Source: Rebecca billardiae RCC1528 (Eukaryota > Protista > Haptophyta). Taken from it: a DNA stretch of 64,000 nucleotides. The number at the start of each line of letters is the position of its first letter. Within the stretch, counting starts at the first letter, position 1. Both the position numbers and the translations under genes were made by a program. Below are positions 36,185-59,433 of the stretch, piece after piece. Under the pieces are notes generated by a model that saw nothing but the letters and a program-made list of their open reading frames with translations, was not told where the DNA came from and did no database searches. Location: assembly GCA_965240325.2 (NCBI GenBank), contig OZ251236.1, forward strand, positions 372,001 to 436,000, written 5' to 3'.

Positions 36185-37650
36185 GAAGTGCTCGCCAATC
36201 TAACTCTTCGGGGGAGTGGTGCCTCCTCGTCCGGCCTCCACTGCTCACCACTGCAGACACCGCTTACCTGGCATATTTTATTGGGGCGGGTACCTCCATA
36301 ACATAAAGTATATATATATGGGGATCCACAGCTGTATTATCATCATACATAATAAACTTTAGTTCTCCATCCGATGGGCGAGTAGATACTTATACTAGCT
36401 TGCCCAAGTACGGGTACTTTACCAGGCCGAAGGGCTTTCGACCAAGTACTTGTACTACCGTATATTTACCTTAGCTCCACGATAGTAATGTAAGTAGTAG
36501 TACTGGTATCCCCTTACCGCAGGTTGCTTCTATACGACGCAAAGATGGGTTCGCCCCCGCGGGTGCGTGCTCGGCGGGCAGGTGGACGCCGCGAGAGGGC
36601 GCGCGATGGCTGAGAGGCATCTTCGTGAGCATGTTAGTGGGCCACCCGAGCCTCATCGCCGCCGCCCTCCCCCTTCTCCGGTGCCACGGCGTCCAAACGG
36701 AGTGCCAAACGAGTGTTCGAGCACGCCCAGAAGCAAAGTTTTGAGGGGTGCTCAGTTCGCCTCTGAGGTGCTCGTATCGCTGCGGTATGGTGCCGCACGC
36801 GGTACCGCATCAGGCGGGGTGAAGGACGTCACCCGCCGATCGGCTCTCGGGCTGCCAGTCAGTGCCTGTGGTGCTCGGACGCTGCTCTCCGAGCTCGAGA
36901 TCCATCATGCGGCTTCCTGTGTGACGTCGGCAATGAGGAGGGTGTACTTGCGCAGCGGGGCGCGCGCGTCGCGCATGTGATCGACACCGAAACAGACGTT
37001 GAAACATGACCGCCCATCCCGCCGAGCTCCTGGCTGACTTGCACTCGGCAATCACGCCGCGCGCGCGGCCTGCGGCTGCTGCGTGCGGCAAGCCGCCAAG
37101 CGTGTCACGCGCGACTGGCAGGTGAGTGAGTTCAGCGCGACGAGTCAGGTGAACGCGCGCAGACCAGCACGTGCAGTACGTACACCGCCTACAGCCATCT
37201 CGACCGATCGCCTACCTGCCTGAAGCAGCTGCAAGGCGTGCAGCCGGGTGTCGCGGGCACACGGCCAGCCTGGCGGGCACGACACGCCCGTACGGCAGCT
37301 CGGCGCGCTGCCGCGCGATGCCATCGTGGAGGCATTGTAGCTGGAGGGACCAGTCTGGCGGCTGTCTGAGGGTAGCTAGACCATGCCTGCACAGTGTCAT
37401 GCGGCGTTCAGCGCCCAAAGGCGCCCTGACTGGCCGCAGGGCGCCCTCAGCGGACGCCGTCAACTTTGCTTCCATACGAAGCAAAGTGAACTGCGGTAAG
37501 GGGATACTGCGCAGGCTGCAGCAGACCTGCAGGTCTGCCTGGCGGTGGGGAGGCACTACTGGCGCATCAGGTCTAGCCAGTACGCACTCGTAGCTGGCGG
37601 TGGGGATCCGTACGTGGTGCAGGTCCACCCCGAAGCAGCAGGCCAGCCGT

Positions 37651-38140
37651 GAGACGGGCAGTGAGCGGGCACGCTCCGGCGCCGGCTACGAGCGCGCGGC
37701 ACGCTGTGGCGGCGGCAGCGGCGAGCCGGCTGCCCGCCGCCGCGCCACACAGCGCGCCACCCGCAGTCGCACTATACCCAGCCGCCGGCCCCGGCGCTGG
37801 CGCGCACGGAATTCGGCGGCGCTGTGCGGCTCGTCGCCGCGGCGCTGGGCGAGGGCGCAGCAGCGCACGAGGGACGAGGCCGCGTCGGACAGCTGGATCG
37901 ATCGAGGAGCAGCGGCTGCTTACCTGCTACTGCAGCAGGAGCGCTCGCCGCTCGCGCGCAGAGGGGGCGGCCAACGGGTGGTCCGGGGCGGCAGCGGCAG
38001 GCGCGAGCGAGCGAGGGTCGCATCCCGGCGCCGCGCCGCGCGGCGCCGCCCGACGGCGCCGCCACTTTGCCGGACGGTGCCGCCGGCGGTGCGAGCCGGA
38101 CGCCGCGTACAGTAGCTCACTGCCTGACGCGATTCCGCGA
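37651..38140 (+). pseudogene. Decayed, frameshifted duplicate of the 3' end (~10306-10770) of the giant ORF
   Basis: GGCGGCGCTGTGCGGCTCGTCGCCGCGGCGCTGGGCGAGGGCGCAGCAGCGC...GATCGAGGAGCAGCGGCTGCT...GCAGCAGGAGCGCTCG aligns with 10441-10560, with indels. Confidence 0.85.
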
Positions 38141-38490
38141 CTCTGAGTGTGACATGCGGCAGCGGAGCCACTGTCACAGACGGGTGGGCTGCCCCCTGCC
38201 CCCCTTCCCCGCTGCTCAAATCGCGGGCGCCCTCTCGACCTCGGGGCTCGGGCAGCAGAGCAGCTCAACCGCCACGCCGCTGCCAGTAGCGCCCGCTGTC
38301 GTTCGTTGCTCAAATCCCAACATATATATATATAGCTATAACTACCTGATCGTTCCATGATCATCGTGCTGGTCGTCTACTCCACAACGGGGCGCCGCGC
38401 GCGCGCCGCGACCATCCAGCTCCAGAGTGACCAGAGTCCAGTCGTACCCGACGCCTTGTACGAGCCGGGCGGCATGGCGGAGTGGCTAGA

Positions 38491-38500
38491 CATATATATA

Positions 38501-38531
<31 letters not shown>

Positions 38532-38557
38532 CAACACATATATATAATTGATATATG
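38491..38557. repeat. Imperfect (TA)n tract
   Basis: Direct reading. Confidence 0.9.
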
Positions 38558-38929
38558 ATATTGCCGAAGATTGCGGTGCGTCTCCCACTTCCGAACTTGT
38601 CGGACGCGCGCCCGGCGTGCCGCTGCTCGCGCGCGGCAGGCTCCGCCGCCAGCCCGCCGTGGGGCCGCTAGTAAGCTGCGGAAGAGTATCACCCTCAGTG
38701 CGCGCGGCGGACTCATGCCCATGGGTCGCGGTAGTGTTAAGCCCTTCCCGCTTCTGGGGTTCAGCACTCCGCATCGCCCCCCGCCCTCGGCCGCGCCCGT
38801 CGGCGGAAATATATGACCAACATGCGGCACCAGACTCCTGGAAGCCCCGTATACCGGCCCATATTGCCGTTTACGTGGACAGTGTTGTCGCGCAGAATCG
38901 CGCTGGCAATATATTGCAACAAACATCAC

Positions 38930-40066
38930 CAAGGGCGGTAAGGGCTGTCAACTCCCAGTGGCGCCGAGTGGCGGAGGTTCCGTGCCCCTCAACTCGTGCG
39001 GCCTCGCGGCGCAGCGGCTAAGTCTCCTGGGGCACCGCCCTGGAGGGCGCGTGGGGTGCGCACGCCGCGTGCTCCTGCGGCCGCGGCGGTGGCCGCGGAC
39101 ACGGCGCGCGTGGTTGGTCGCATGCTAGACAGTATGTAGTACCCTCCCACGCCGCGCGCCGTCAGCCCGCCGCCGCCCTCGCCATGCCTCAGGCCAGCCG
39201 CGCACGCACGCCGCACCAATGGCCATCCGTGGCCACGCGCCAGCCGCCGGCGCGCGCGCGGTGCGCAGTGCGGTCGGCGCGGGTCGGGCGCGCGCCCGGG
39301 GCGAAGCCGAAGCTCGCGTATGGTGGGCGCGCGTCATGCCGCCTCGCGCCGCCGCGCTGACGTCCGCATGGGTCGGCGCGCACGCGTTTTAATGCTGTCG
39401 AGTGTGCATTGCCATGTTTGAAAATGCTCACGTTGAGACGATCATGTGAAGGCAGCGACGCGTGGCAGACACGCGCAGATCACTGATATGTGCTCGACTA
39501 GCCTCATGTTGTGGCAAGCGAGTCCCCGAGTGCTCGCGTTCGTCGCACTGATGCGCTCACAACCACTTAGCCAAGCTCATTTCTGATGGCCGAGGAATGC
39601 TCGACAAGCACCCTTCAGCAGCCGCGAGCAACGTGTTCAAGCTCGTGTGCGGCGGCGCGAGGCGGCATGACGCGCGCCCACCATACGCGAGCTTCGCCCC
39701 GGGCGCGCGCCGGACCCGCGCCCACCGCACCGCGCACCGCGCGCGCGCCGGCGGCTGGCGCGTGGCCACGGCTGGCCATTGGTGCGGCGTGCGTGCGCGG
39801 CTGGCCTGAGGCATGGCGAGGGCGGCGGCGGGCACGGCGCGCGGCGTGGGAGGGTACTACATACTGTCTAGCATGCGACCAACCACGCGCGCCGTGCCCG
39901 CGGCCACCGCCGCGGCCGCAGGAGCACGCGGCGTGCGCACCCCACGCGCCCTCCAGGGCGGCGCCCCAGGAGACTTAGCCGCTGCGCCGCGAGGCCGCAC
40001 GAGTTGAGGGGCCCCCAACCTCCGCCACTCGGCGCCACTGGGAGTTGACAGCCCTTACCGCCCTTG
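38930..40066. mobile_element. Non-autonomous long-TIR DNA transposon (MITE/foldback): ~420-bp TIRs around a ~290-bp core
   Basis: 38930-39355 is the reverse complement of 39649-40066; termini CAAGGGCGG...CCGCCCTTG; flanks ACATCAC / CCATCAC (7-bp TSD with one mismatch). Confidence 0.88.
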
Positions 40067-40237
40067 CCATCACATATCTTGCCAGGGCCAACGCGCGGGT
40101 GACGCCATCGTGGAGCGGCGGTGGCATTTCGCGGGGCGGTGCATTCTCGCCTGACGAATTTGGCGGCCGAGCGCTTCAGCTCAGCTGCGCGCCTCGCGGC
40201 CGGTCGGCAGCGGGCTGCGAGCGCCGAGCCGCCGAGC

Positions 40238-50637
<10,400 letters not shown>

Positions 50638-51404
50638 GAGACGTCCAGCGGGAGAACGCGCGGGACGGTCCGGTTGGTCCGGACGCCATTATGTTCTCGG
50701 AGAATGTTGCTCAGAATACTGAGATCCCGCGCTTAAAAGATGTACAGTGTGGTGGTCACTACAGACCTACTGGCCGACAGGAGCTTCGTGCCCCTATTAA
50801 AAGCTTGTTCCTGGGTAAAATTGGTTACTGCTTGAAAGTGGTAAGTTACCGTCACCTTTGCATCCAATATAATCGCGCCCTTATCGCAACGCCAAGAAGT
50901 TCGTTATGAGATTCATGGAATGTATCTATCTCCCTCGCCGATCTGGCCTTTTTAACGTCGCCGTGCCCGGTGTGCATTTGTCATTTGGCCCCGATTCGGC
51001 CCAAACAGCGCGCTGGGTAATTTGATGTATTTGATGAGGTGATGATGCCAATTAGGTTGGCGGGAGCGGCTTTACCCACCTCAGTCGCGAGAATGATCGC
51101 CGCGAAAGTCACAACTGGCGGCTGACTCGTTGAGGGGGTAAATACCCGCTACGGGTAACTGCGGAGTGCCAATCTGTGTGCGAGCATTCATCTCCCCGCA
51201 TGGAGATGTGGCAGGGAGGTGGTATCTTCCGGGTAATCACGGTTCAGCAGACGAAAAGCGCGCACGGCTTGATGAGCTAGCTTACCCGCCTCAAGTTGGA
51301 CTTGGTAGCCCCGCCAACCAACACGAACGAACGCACCGCCGAGCCCGGTGCTTGGCCACCCACACAGGCACACGCAGCTCACACCCAGCGAGAGGACGGC
51401 CGCG

Positions 51405-52355
51405 ATGCGGCGCACATGGACGATGGAGGAGGACGCGCGGCTGCGCGAGATCGTCGGCATCTGCGGCCCGCGCAACTGGGCGATGGTCGCCTCGATGATG
51501 GGCACGCGCAAGGACTGGCAGTGCCGCGAGCGCTGGCAGAACAAGCTCTCGCAGCACGTGAGCAGCAGCCCGTGGACGCCGCAGGAGGACGCCGTGCTGC
51601 TTGACGCCGTGCAGCGCGTCGGACAGGTGCGTCGCGCGCCATCTGCCCGCGCGCTCACCACCCCTGCGCCCCTCGCACACCCTGGCCGCGCGCGCGCGCG
51701 CGCTCGGCGCTCACGGCTGCCGCATCCCTCGCGCGCGCGCTGCCGCCGGCCGCGTGAGCAGTCGTGGGCGCTGATGAAGCCGCTCCTGCCCGGCCGCTCT
51801 GGGCACTCGATCAAGAATCGGTATCACTCGCTCAGCCGCCGCCGGCGGAACCGCCGAGCCATCGGCGGCGGCGACTCTTCTGACACGGAGCAGCCAAAGG
51901 CGGACGCGACGCCGCTGCAAACGCCGCTGCCCGTGCAGGCAGCAGTCCCGGCGACGGGCGCGCTGGGCGCCACGGGCGGCGTGCTCATGCAGCCAAACTA
52001 CGTGCAGGCCGTGCCGGTCGGCGCCAACCGCTCCGCCGCCGCCGCGCCCGTCGTCGTCAACGGCGGGGCCGGCGGCATTCCGGCGCTGCCGATGCCGGTC
52101 GGCAGCGCAGCGCAGGCGACGCCACAGATCATCCCCGCGCGCCAGGTGGTGCCGATGAGCACCGCGCCGGTCGCAGCGGCGCCCGTCTCGGGGACGCACA
52201 ACGCGAAAGCGCCGCTCGTCATGGCCACGCCGATGCCGGCCATGGCCGTGCCCACCCAGGCAGTCCAGACGGCGCCACAAACCGCGCAGGCCATGCCCTG
52301 GATTCAGCCAGCACACGCGGCCACCGCCGCGCCCTACTACGCCGTGTCGGCGTAG
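51405..52355 (+). CDS. R2R3 Myb transcription factor (intron 51627-51761)
   Basis: WTMEED...W...QCRERW...WTPQED...SW...LPGRSGHSIKNRY; removing the 135-bp in-frame intron restores repeat R3. Confidence 0.9.
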   Translation: MRRTWTMEEDARLREIVGICGPRNWAMVASMMGTRKDWQCRERWQNKLSQHVSSSPWTPQEDAVLLDAVQRVGQVRRAPSARALTTPAPLAHPGRARARARRSRLPHPSRARCRRPREQSWALMKPLLPGRSGHSIKNRYHSLSRRRRNRRAIGGGDSSDTEQPKADATPLQTPLPVQAAVPATGALGATGGVLMQPNYVQAVPVGANRSAAAAPVVVNGGAGGIPALPMPVGSAAQATPQIIPARQVVPMSTAPVAAAPVSGTHNAKAPLVMATPMPAMAVPTQAVQTAPQTAQAMPWIQPAHAATAAPYYAVSA

Positions 52356-52817
52356 GCGCCGCCCACGCGTGCCGCAGCGTCACGGCTGCGACCGCTCCCA
52401 GCAGCCGCAGCGGGCCCCGTGCACTCACCGTGATCTCGGCCGGCCAGCTGCCCTGCGCTCCCCCTCTGTCTCTGACCAGTCCTGATTCCGTACTCCGAGT
52501 CTGCCTGACACTTGTCGCACTAAAGAGTTCACTCACGCGCCGGGCGGCACTGGCGCGCGTGTCACTGTCCGTTCTGAGATCGGAGGATTCATCGGCTGAT
52601 TCTCGTCCTCGATTCGAATTGTTTCAAATGCAGCGCTCGAGCGGGTATTTTCTTTGGAACGGCCGAAACGCGGGCGGCGAAACGATTTTTCATTTTTTGG
52701 CCATCGACGATTTGAAATCACAGAGAGCCGTCGATCCGGGTGGGCGCCTTGGCCAACGGCCCGGACGCTCGCCGCTGCTTACAACGCAAACGTGCAGCCT
52801 GCCGCGCGCAATCTGAA

Positions 52818-54188
52818 TCAGCGGCCGCTGCCGTACGGGGCGTGATGGTTGGCGTTGGCGCCGACGGACATGTCGCCACCGCCGCCCCTCGGCGGCATGG
52901 CGCCAGGCTGCTGACCCATCTGCAGGTGCGCAGCATGCTGCACGGGAGGCGAGCCACTGCCTCCGGGGCCGAGCGGCACGCCGCTCACAGAGGGCACCGA
53001 GGAGACGCAGGAGTGACACGGGTTGGCGCCCGGCAGCCACATCTGCGGTGAGCCGTTGGCGTTGCCGCCCCCACTGGGATCGCGCTGCAAGGGCGTCGGC
53101 GCGGCAGTCTGGAGCGGGGCCCGCGCTTCGGGCGGCGGCATGTCGGCGTACCCATCCTGCTGCAGAGACTGCGCATACGCCTGCTGGCAGCAGGCGGCGG
53201 CGGCGCGCGCCGTCGCGCCGTGGCCGGTGCACGCGCCGTTGGCGGCTCCGCCCGCGCAGCCCGGCGCTGGTCCGCTGCTCGGTGGCGGCTGCGCGTGCGG
53301 CGGCGGCATGCGCGTGCCGCCGCACGCGTGCGCGGGGTGGCCGAAGCCAGGCGCCGCGCCGTGTGCTGCCTGCAGCCACGCGCCGTCAAAGTAGCCGTTG
53401 GCCGGCACGCCGGGCGGCGGCTGGCGATGTGCGCTCGCGCTCGCCGCGGCGGTGGCGGGCGGTTGGGGCGGCGCATGCGCGTGCGCGGCCGACATGGCGC
53501 ACGCGTGCTGCGCCGGCGCGGAGACTGGCGGCCTGTCCAGGCCGTTCGATGGCCCCAGCACGCCTGGCGGCGCGTGCAACCCGGTCGGCGTGGCGGCGGG
53601 CGCGGCGCCGCGCGGCGGCGCCCGCTGTGCGCTCTGCTCGCAGCCCAGGCGCTGCCGCTTGGCCGCGGCGTTCTTGCTCGCGTCCTTGACGTCCTTGACG
53701 TGCTGCGTGTCGTAGATGGACAGGCCGAGCGCGTGGCCGAACGAGCGGAGCGCGCGCTTCAGCCCGTCGCTCACCGCCTCCTTCTTTGCGTTCTCGATCG
53801 CCTTGCCGCGGTCCGGCTGCTTGTCGGACGAGCCGAAGCCGACGTCCTCGTGCGTGGCGCCGCTGCGCAGCGTGACGCGGATGATCGCCGAGAAGCCGAC
53901 CGAGATCTTATTCCCCGGGTGCGTCTCGAGGTACTCCTGCGTCAGGTCCTCGACGCTGCTGCTCCAGCCGTCGAAGCCGAAGATCCGGTTCGCCGCCTCG
54001 ATGCAACGCCACGACTCCATGTACGAGAAGCTCTTGCCGCCCTGGCCCGGGCGCGTCGAGATCATCTCGGCGGGAAGCTTCGTCTCGAGCTCGCCCGCCA
54101 TGCGCGCGCGCTCGTCCGCGCCGAACTCGCCCCATCCGCTGTTCGTCCGACGGGCCGCCGCCGCGTGCGCGCCAGGCACGGTCGACAT
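52818..54188 (-). CDS. RAD52: DNA repair/recombination protein Rad52 (Rad52/Rad22 family)
   Basis: ISTRPGQGGKSFSYMESWRCIEAANRIFGFDGWSSSV...HEDVGFG...KAIENAKKEAVSDGLKRALRSFGHALG. Start set at MSTVP (54188); the frame is open to 54290. Confidence 0.93.
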   Translation of the reverse strand: MSTVPGAHAAAARRTNSGWGEFGADERARMAGELETKLPAEMISTRPGQGGKSFSYMESWRCIEAANRIFGFDGWSSSVEDLTQEYLETHPGNKISVGFSAIIRVTLRSGATHEDVGFGSSDKQPDRGKAIENAKKEAVSDGLKRALRSFGHALGLSIYDTQHVKDVKDASKNAAAKRQRLGCEQSAQRAPPRGAAPAATPTGLHAPPGVLGPSNGLDRPPVSAPAQHACAMSAAHAHAPPQPPATAAASASAHRQPPPGVPANGYFDGAWLQAAHGAAPGFGHPAHACGGTRMPPPHAQPPPSSGPAPGCAGGAANGACTGHGATARAAAACCQQAYAQSLQQDGYADMPPPEARAPLQTAAPTPLQRDPSGGGNANGSPQMWLPGANPCHSCVSSVPSVSGVPLGPGGSGSPPVQHAAHLQMGQQPGAMPPRGGGGDMSVGANANHHAPYGSGR

Positions 54189-54406
54189 GATGGCAAATCG
54201 ATGCCGGGGCGCGCAGCAGCGTCGCTTCGTTTGCGCTCCAGCCTTCTCAAACGGCAGCCCCTTGTTGCTGCCGTTGGTTGCTGCCACCAAGCTGCCACTG
54301 GCGACTGCGGCGGTCGGCAGCTCGGCGGCTGCCCTGCCAGGCGCCAGCCGACCGTGCTGGGTTAGTAAAAGCCGAAAATGGAAAAGAATCGGTCGACAGG
54401 ACCAGC
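54189..54406. promoter_or_regulatory. Probable compact bidirectional promoter between RAD52 and the MSP-domain gene
   Basis: Divergent ATGs with only 218 bp between them; lower-GC spacer. Confidence 0.5.
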
Positions 54407-56416
54407 ATGTCGGTCGCCGAATCGTCTGCCCCGAGCTTCGTGGCGAGCGACGACAGTGAGCGGTGCTTGGTGGTTGCCCCTCGCACCATTCGTCTCATCG
54501 GTGCGGACGACCGCACGCACGACGCACTGCGCCGCGCGCCCGGCGCCCGGCGGCCCCACGCGCCGTGCGGACGGCGCCTGCGCCACGCCGCCACCGGTGC
54601 GCAGCGCGAGCAGGGCTGGACAGCGCGCAGGCGATCAGCGTGAGCAACGTGACGGACGAGCACATCGCGATGAAGATCAAGTGCTCGACGGCCGGGCGGT
54701 ACTTTGCCTCGCCCAACGCGCGCGTGCTGTCGCCAGGCGAGGCCGTCAACGTGGAGATCACGCTGCGCGCGCATGCGACGCACGACGAGCATGGGCAGCC
54801 TCCGATGGGCGCGGCCGCGGACGGCGACGCCTTCTCCGTGCTCGCCCTGCCGCTGGGCGCGGAGGCGCCTGCGCCAAGCGCGCTCGCCGAGTTGGTGCGC
54901 TGCGCGCCCCACGGAGTCGACGCGCCGGCCGCGCGCGCCGCGGCAGCGCCCGCGCGCCGCCCGCTCCGCCAAGGCGCTCCGCTGCGGCCCCGGCGCGACG
55001 CTCTCGCGCTCACGCGCGCGCGCTCCCGCTGCGCGTGTCTCGGCGCGCCGCGCCGCGCGGCGGGGGCAGTGGCGCACGTCGGACGACGTGCGATTGGAGT
55101 GCGTCGTCGAGTGCGCCGTCGAGTACTCCCGTGGCAGGCCAGGCCAACCTCGAGCGGGGAGCTCGCGCGCGACGGGCGTCGCTGGCCAGAGCCCGCCGGC
55201 CGGCCGCGGGACGACCGCGGCCAGGCGGGAGGCGACGGCGGCTGTGGCGGAGGCGGGGGCAGGCGTGAGCGCGGCGGACGCGGCGTGGTCGGCTGCGGAG
55301 CAGCAGGCTGCGCTGCTCGCGAGGGCGGCGATCGAGGCCCTCGTCCCACGCCCGCCGCGCACGTCGAGCGAGCCGCGCCGAACCATCGCCGTGCCTCGCG
55401 CGGCCGCACGTGTTCAGAGCGCGCCGACCACGTGTGGCGGGCCGCATCCGCCGAGCAGCAGCGCAGCCAGCGCGGCGGCGGGCGGCGCGCTTGCCGAGCC
55501 CGCGGCGGCGCCGCGCGCCGCGACGCGGGGGCCCTTCCGGATGCCGCCCGTCGCGGCGCCCCCGTCGCCGCTGGGGTCGCAGCAGCGGCTGCGCGCCGAC
55601 GCGGCGGCGGGGCGTCCTCGGTCGACCCACGCGCGCGCCGCGCCCTGGTCCGCGAGCGCTCGGCAAGACGCTGCCTCTCCGCCCGCGCACTCGGCGCCGA
55701 CGACGGCGGCGCACACGCCGTCGACGGGCGAGCGCTTTGCGCCGCCGCCGCCGCGCTCGCCGCCGCCGCCGCCGCTCGCCGCGCGCATGGGCGACATGGA
55801 GCGCGACGCGCGCGCCGCGGAGCGCGCGGCTGAGCTCGCGCGCCAAGTCGACTCGCTGCGCGCCGAGCTCGAGCGCGCGCAGCGCGGGGCCGAGCGCGCC
55901 GCGCGCGCGGAGCGCGAGATGCGCGCGGAGCGGGACGACGCGCTGAGCCAGCTGCGCGCGGCCGGGGCGGAGCGGCGACAGCCGCCGCCAGGGCGCCGCG
56001 CGGCCGGCGCGCCGAGCGGCGGCAGCCTGTCTGGCGCGACTCGATGCGGCGCGCTGCTGCTGCCGCCGCTGCTTCTGCTGCTCGCGCTGAGCGCGCTCTC
56101 CCGCGGGGCCTTGGGCGTCGGGCCCGACCTGGGACGCTGGGCTGATCCGCAGCCGCTGCTGACTCGGCTCGTGGGCGCGGGCGGCCCGGCCGGGAGCGCC
56201 GCCGCCGCCGGGTGCGAGGCGGCTGGCTCGGCAGGGGCCTGCGACGAGGCCGGCGCTTCCGCCCGGGCCGCGGCCGGGGCGCCGTCACTCGCGGAGCACC
56301 TACTCCGGCGCGGGACGCGTCAGGCCGGTCGCAGCGGTGGCATCAACGCTCGGCCCGCACCGCGCGTGGCCCCGAGCGTGCGGCAAGCAGCAGCGCCGCA
56401 CGCGCCGGCGACGTGA
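54407..56416 (+). CDS. VAP-like protein: MSP domain, coiled coil, C-terminal TM (introns ~54501-54613 and ~54895-55069)
   Basis: ISVSNVTDEHIAMKIKCSTAGRYFASPNARVLSPGEAVNVEITL (MSP); coiled coil ERAAELARQVDSLRAELE; TM LLLPPLLLLLALSAL. The 3' end is uncertain. Confidence 0.75.
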
Positions 56417-56707
56417 CGACCGGCACCGGACCGACTCGCCTGCCCGCCAGACGGCTCGTCGGGACGCCGTGGCCGGCGTGGGCCCGATGCCATATCCCCA
56501 TGCCCGCCGGCATGTATAGTACTGATTACTGTCGTACGTACATGTCGCGTGACGGAACGGCGGAACGCGCGCGCATTACAGCAGACTGCAGACTACTACA
56601 TACGAGATCGTCGTCGCGTTCAGCCGGCGCACACTTCCTGTCCATTGACAGCATATTCAGCCGATCAGCGGTCGTTCGGATGCATGCAGCATGAGCACGG
56701 GCGGCGG

Positions 56708-57446
56708 TCAAGACGGCGGCGACGCCGGGACGGCCCCGGCGCATTGCAGGCGCGCGTGCGCCGCCCACGCGTACACGTGCGGCTCGGCTCCATCCGGCTC
56801 CCCGCGCCGCGCCGCCCCCGCGCGCGCGTCGTCGCACGGCGCGGGCGCCCAAACGAGCTCGTTCACGTCGCCGCGCGCCGGCGGTGCGTACCCCGTGGCG
56901 GCGCGGAAGGAGGCGTCGTCGTACGCGGCGGGCCACGCGCCGGCGTACAGCTTGCGGTTGCCACCGCGCGGCTGCACGAGCACGCGCCGCCGCGAGCTCT
57001 CCGCGTTGATCACCCGGCAGAGCGAGCGGCGCGCGCGCTCGCTCTCGAAGCGCAGGTGAAACAGGAGCACGCGGCCGGTGAGGAGCTGCGTGGCGCGCGG
57101 CCAGGTGCTCCACTTGTCGCGCTCGACGATCGGCGCGAAGGCCGAGGCGAAGTTGGCGTGCAGCCGCGCCACGCGGAGCGAGCCCGCGCGCACGTGCCTG
57201 CGCGCCACGCCGAGCAGCGCGTCCTGGTCGTTGTGCCCCAAATTCACATAGTGGAGGTACCACTCGGTGAAGAGGGAGGCCATGGCTGGCGCGCGCGGGT
57301 AGTAGAGCATCGCCCAGTTGTGCGGCCGGCCGTCGTAGAGGACGGTGTTGTACGCCATGTCGAACCAGCGCGCGGCCGAGCCGAGCCGCGGCTGCCGCGC
57401 GAGCACCGCCTCGATCTCGCCGCCGCCGGCGAATGCGCCCGCGCCG

Positions 57447-57491
<45 letters not shown>

Positions 57492-58057
57492 AGCTCGTCG
57501 GCGGCCGTGCACGGCAGTGCCTGGGAGTCGAGCGCGAGGGTGAGCTCGTACGGCGAGAGCGCCAGGTAGTGCAGGCGCGAGAGCCACTCCCTCCGCGGCG
57601 GCTCCCACCCCGGGTAGTGCACGTGGTCGTGCCGCATCGGCAGGACGTGGTCGAACGGGCCGTGGCGCACGGCGCTGTGGTTGGGGTGCGTTGTAGCGAG
57701 CGCGATGGGCAGGCGCGGGTTGGTGCGCTTGAGCGCGCGCGCGGCGCGGAGCGCCTCCGCGGCGAAGAGATCGACGCGCGACGTCTCGTTCGAGTAGGCG
57801 AACAGCAGCGCGCCGTACGGCGCGACGGGCTGCCTCGCCTCGCCCTCGGCGAGCGAAACGAGCGGCGGCGGCGTACGCGCGGCCGCAGCCGCGAGGCGCG
57901 CCCGGTGCTCGCAGTCAGCCGCGTCGGCCATCCACACGCGCGGGTCCGCATCGGCGTCCGTCGCACGCAACGCGGCGCGCCACCACGCGCCGCCGCCCAG
58001 CAGCAGCGCCGCGACGGCGCCAACGGCCAGCCGTCTTTGTCGAAAGGGAGGCGCCAT
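56708..58057 (-). CDS. Type II membrane GT-A-fold glycosyltransferase-like protein (nucleotide-diphospho-sugar transferase type)
   Basis: N-terminal TM; SLKRTNP-like ALKRTNPRLPIAL; WLSRLHYLALSPYELTLALDSQ; NDQDAL. Confidence 0.65.
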
Positions 58058-59433
58058 CGGGCATCGTGATCGCAGAGGCAGATATTTTTTCAGTGGCATC
58101 ATCCATAATCCATTTTGATTTCTCTTAATCTCTTCGGCCGATCTCGGCTCATCTCGGCCGTGAGTGGCGGAAGATGGGCTAAGTTGAACCGCCGCCGCGC
58201 CGCGCGCCGTCGCCGGAGACACTCTGCTAACAGTCTGAGTAGACTTGGGGTTGAAGTGTCATGCGTTATGGGCGCATGGCTACTCAGGAGCTGATAGTGA
58301 ATAGTGCGCACCGCGTCAGTCAGGCTGCGCATTCACTGGCTCCGGCGCGTCGACGGTGCCGCCCGAGCGCGCCCGGCCCCGGGGCCCGGACCCGCCGCCG
58401 CGGGCGACCGCGGGCGACGCGGCTCGGAGCCCCCAGTCCGTCACGGTGCCGCCGCCAGACGGAAGGCGGACGCGGGCCGGACGAGGCTGTTGCTGTGTAG
58501 CCCAGCGCGATCGCTCATGCCACGATCGTGCTGCTCGTTGCTAGCTGCTGCTGCCGTCAAAGTCAGAGCTGCCGTACGTCGAGTTGGACGTTGACGAGTT
58601 GCCCGACGACAGTGCGCTGTGGCCCCTCCCGTAGAGCGCAGAGGCTCGCAGTGGGAGGGGCGAGTTGGAGTGGCTTGGCCGGCGTGGTCTGCGAGCAGGC
58701 CCGCGGCCGCGGCGAGATGCAACGGGAGCTGGCGGCGGCGACGCCCGAACGGCCTCGGTTGTGATGTTGGTGTCCATGTTGTGACTTGCGCGTTGCGCGC
58801 GGGTGGTTGTGTGGCTCTTCTGTGGTTAACGCGCGCGGGCTGTGGTGGACGTCTAGAAAGGGGGTCCATTTGATGACACACTTTGAATGAAAGAGCCAAC
58901 TTGATTGCATGCGGGTACAGAACATCAACTGATTGCAACTTGTTCTCGCGAAGCGGTGTTAACATACTTACACGGCCTTGTAATCTCCATGCCATGATTA
59001 TATTGGCTGAGGGTACGGTTAGCTCGCAGTTTGGTTTCCCGCCACGTTCGGCTCCCTTGACGAGCACTGATTATATTACTACGCGGCGTGAACCATAATC
59101 AAACCCCATCAGGCCATCAACTCTTACATGCCGCATGTTATGGTTCATCGTGATAACCAGAAGTGGAAAAGACGCCCGTATTCATCAAAGGTGCACTTGG
59201 GTAGTTGCGGTTGCCGTTGGATTCCACAACGCAACTTTGAGTGCGATACTGTCCAAATATTTGATATATGCTGGTGAGCAGTGGGTTTGATCCTGACCAA
59301 GTGCCGGTTCGGCTGTTCGGGGCACTTTACCGTTATACAAAAATCTGCACGTTACACCTGCCTTTGTCCGGCCTTGTAACCGTCATGGTTCCCTCGGCCG
59401 AGCCTCATGAACACCCACCCAGGCTGCATGTCA

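Noticed and set aside
36350-37640. Gene between the GT92-like ORF and the pseudogene fragment
   Set aside because: Short ORFs without recognisable domains; possibly decayed sequence.
58300-59400. Small gene or structured RNA
   Set aside because: No convincing ORF, tRNA or rRNA signature seen by eye.
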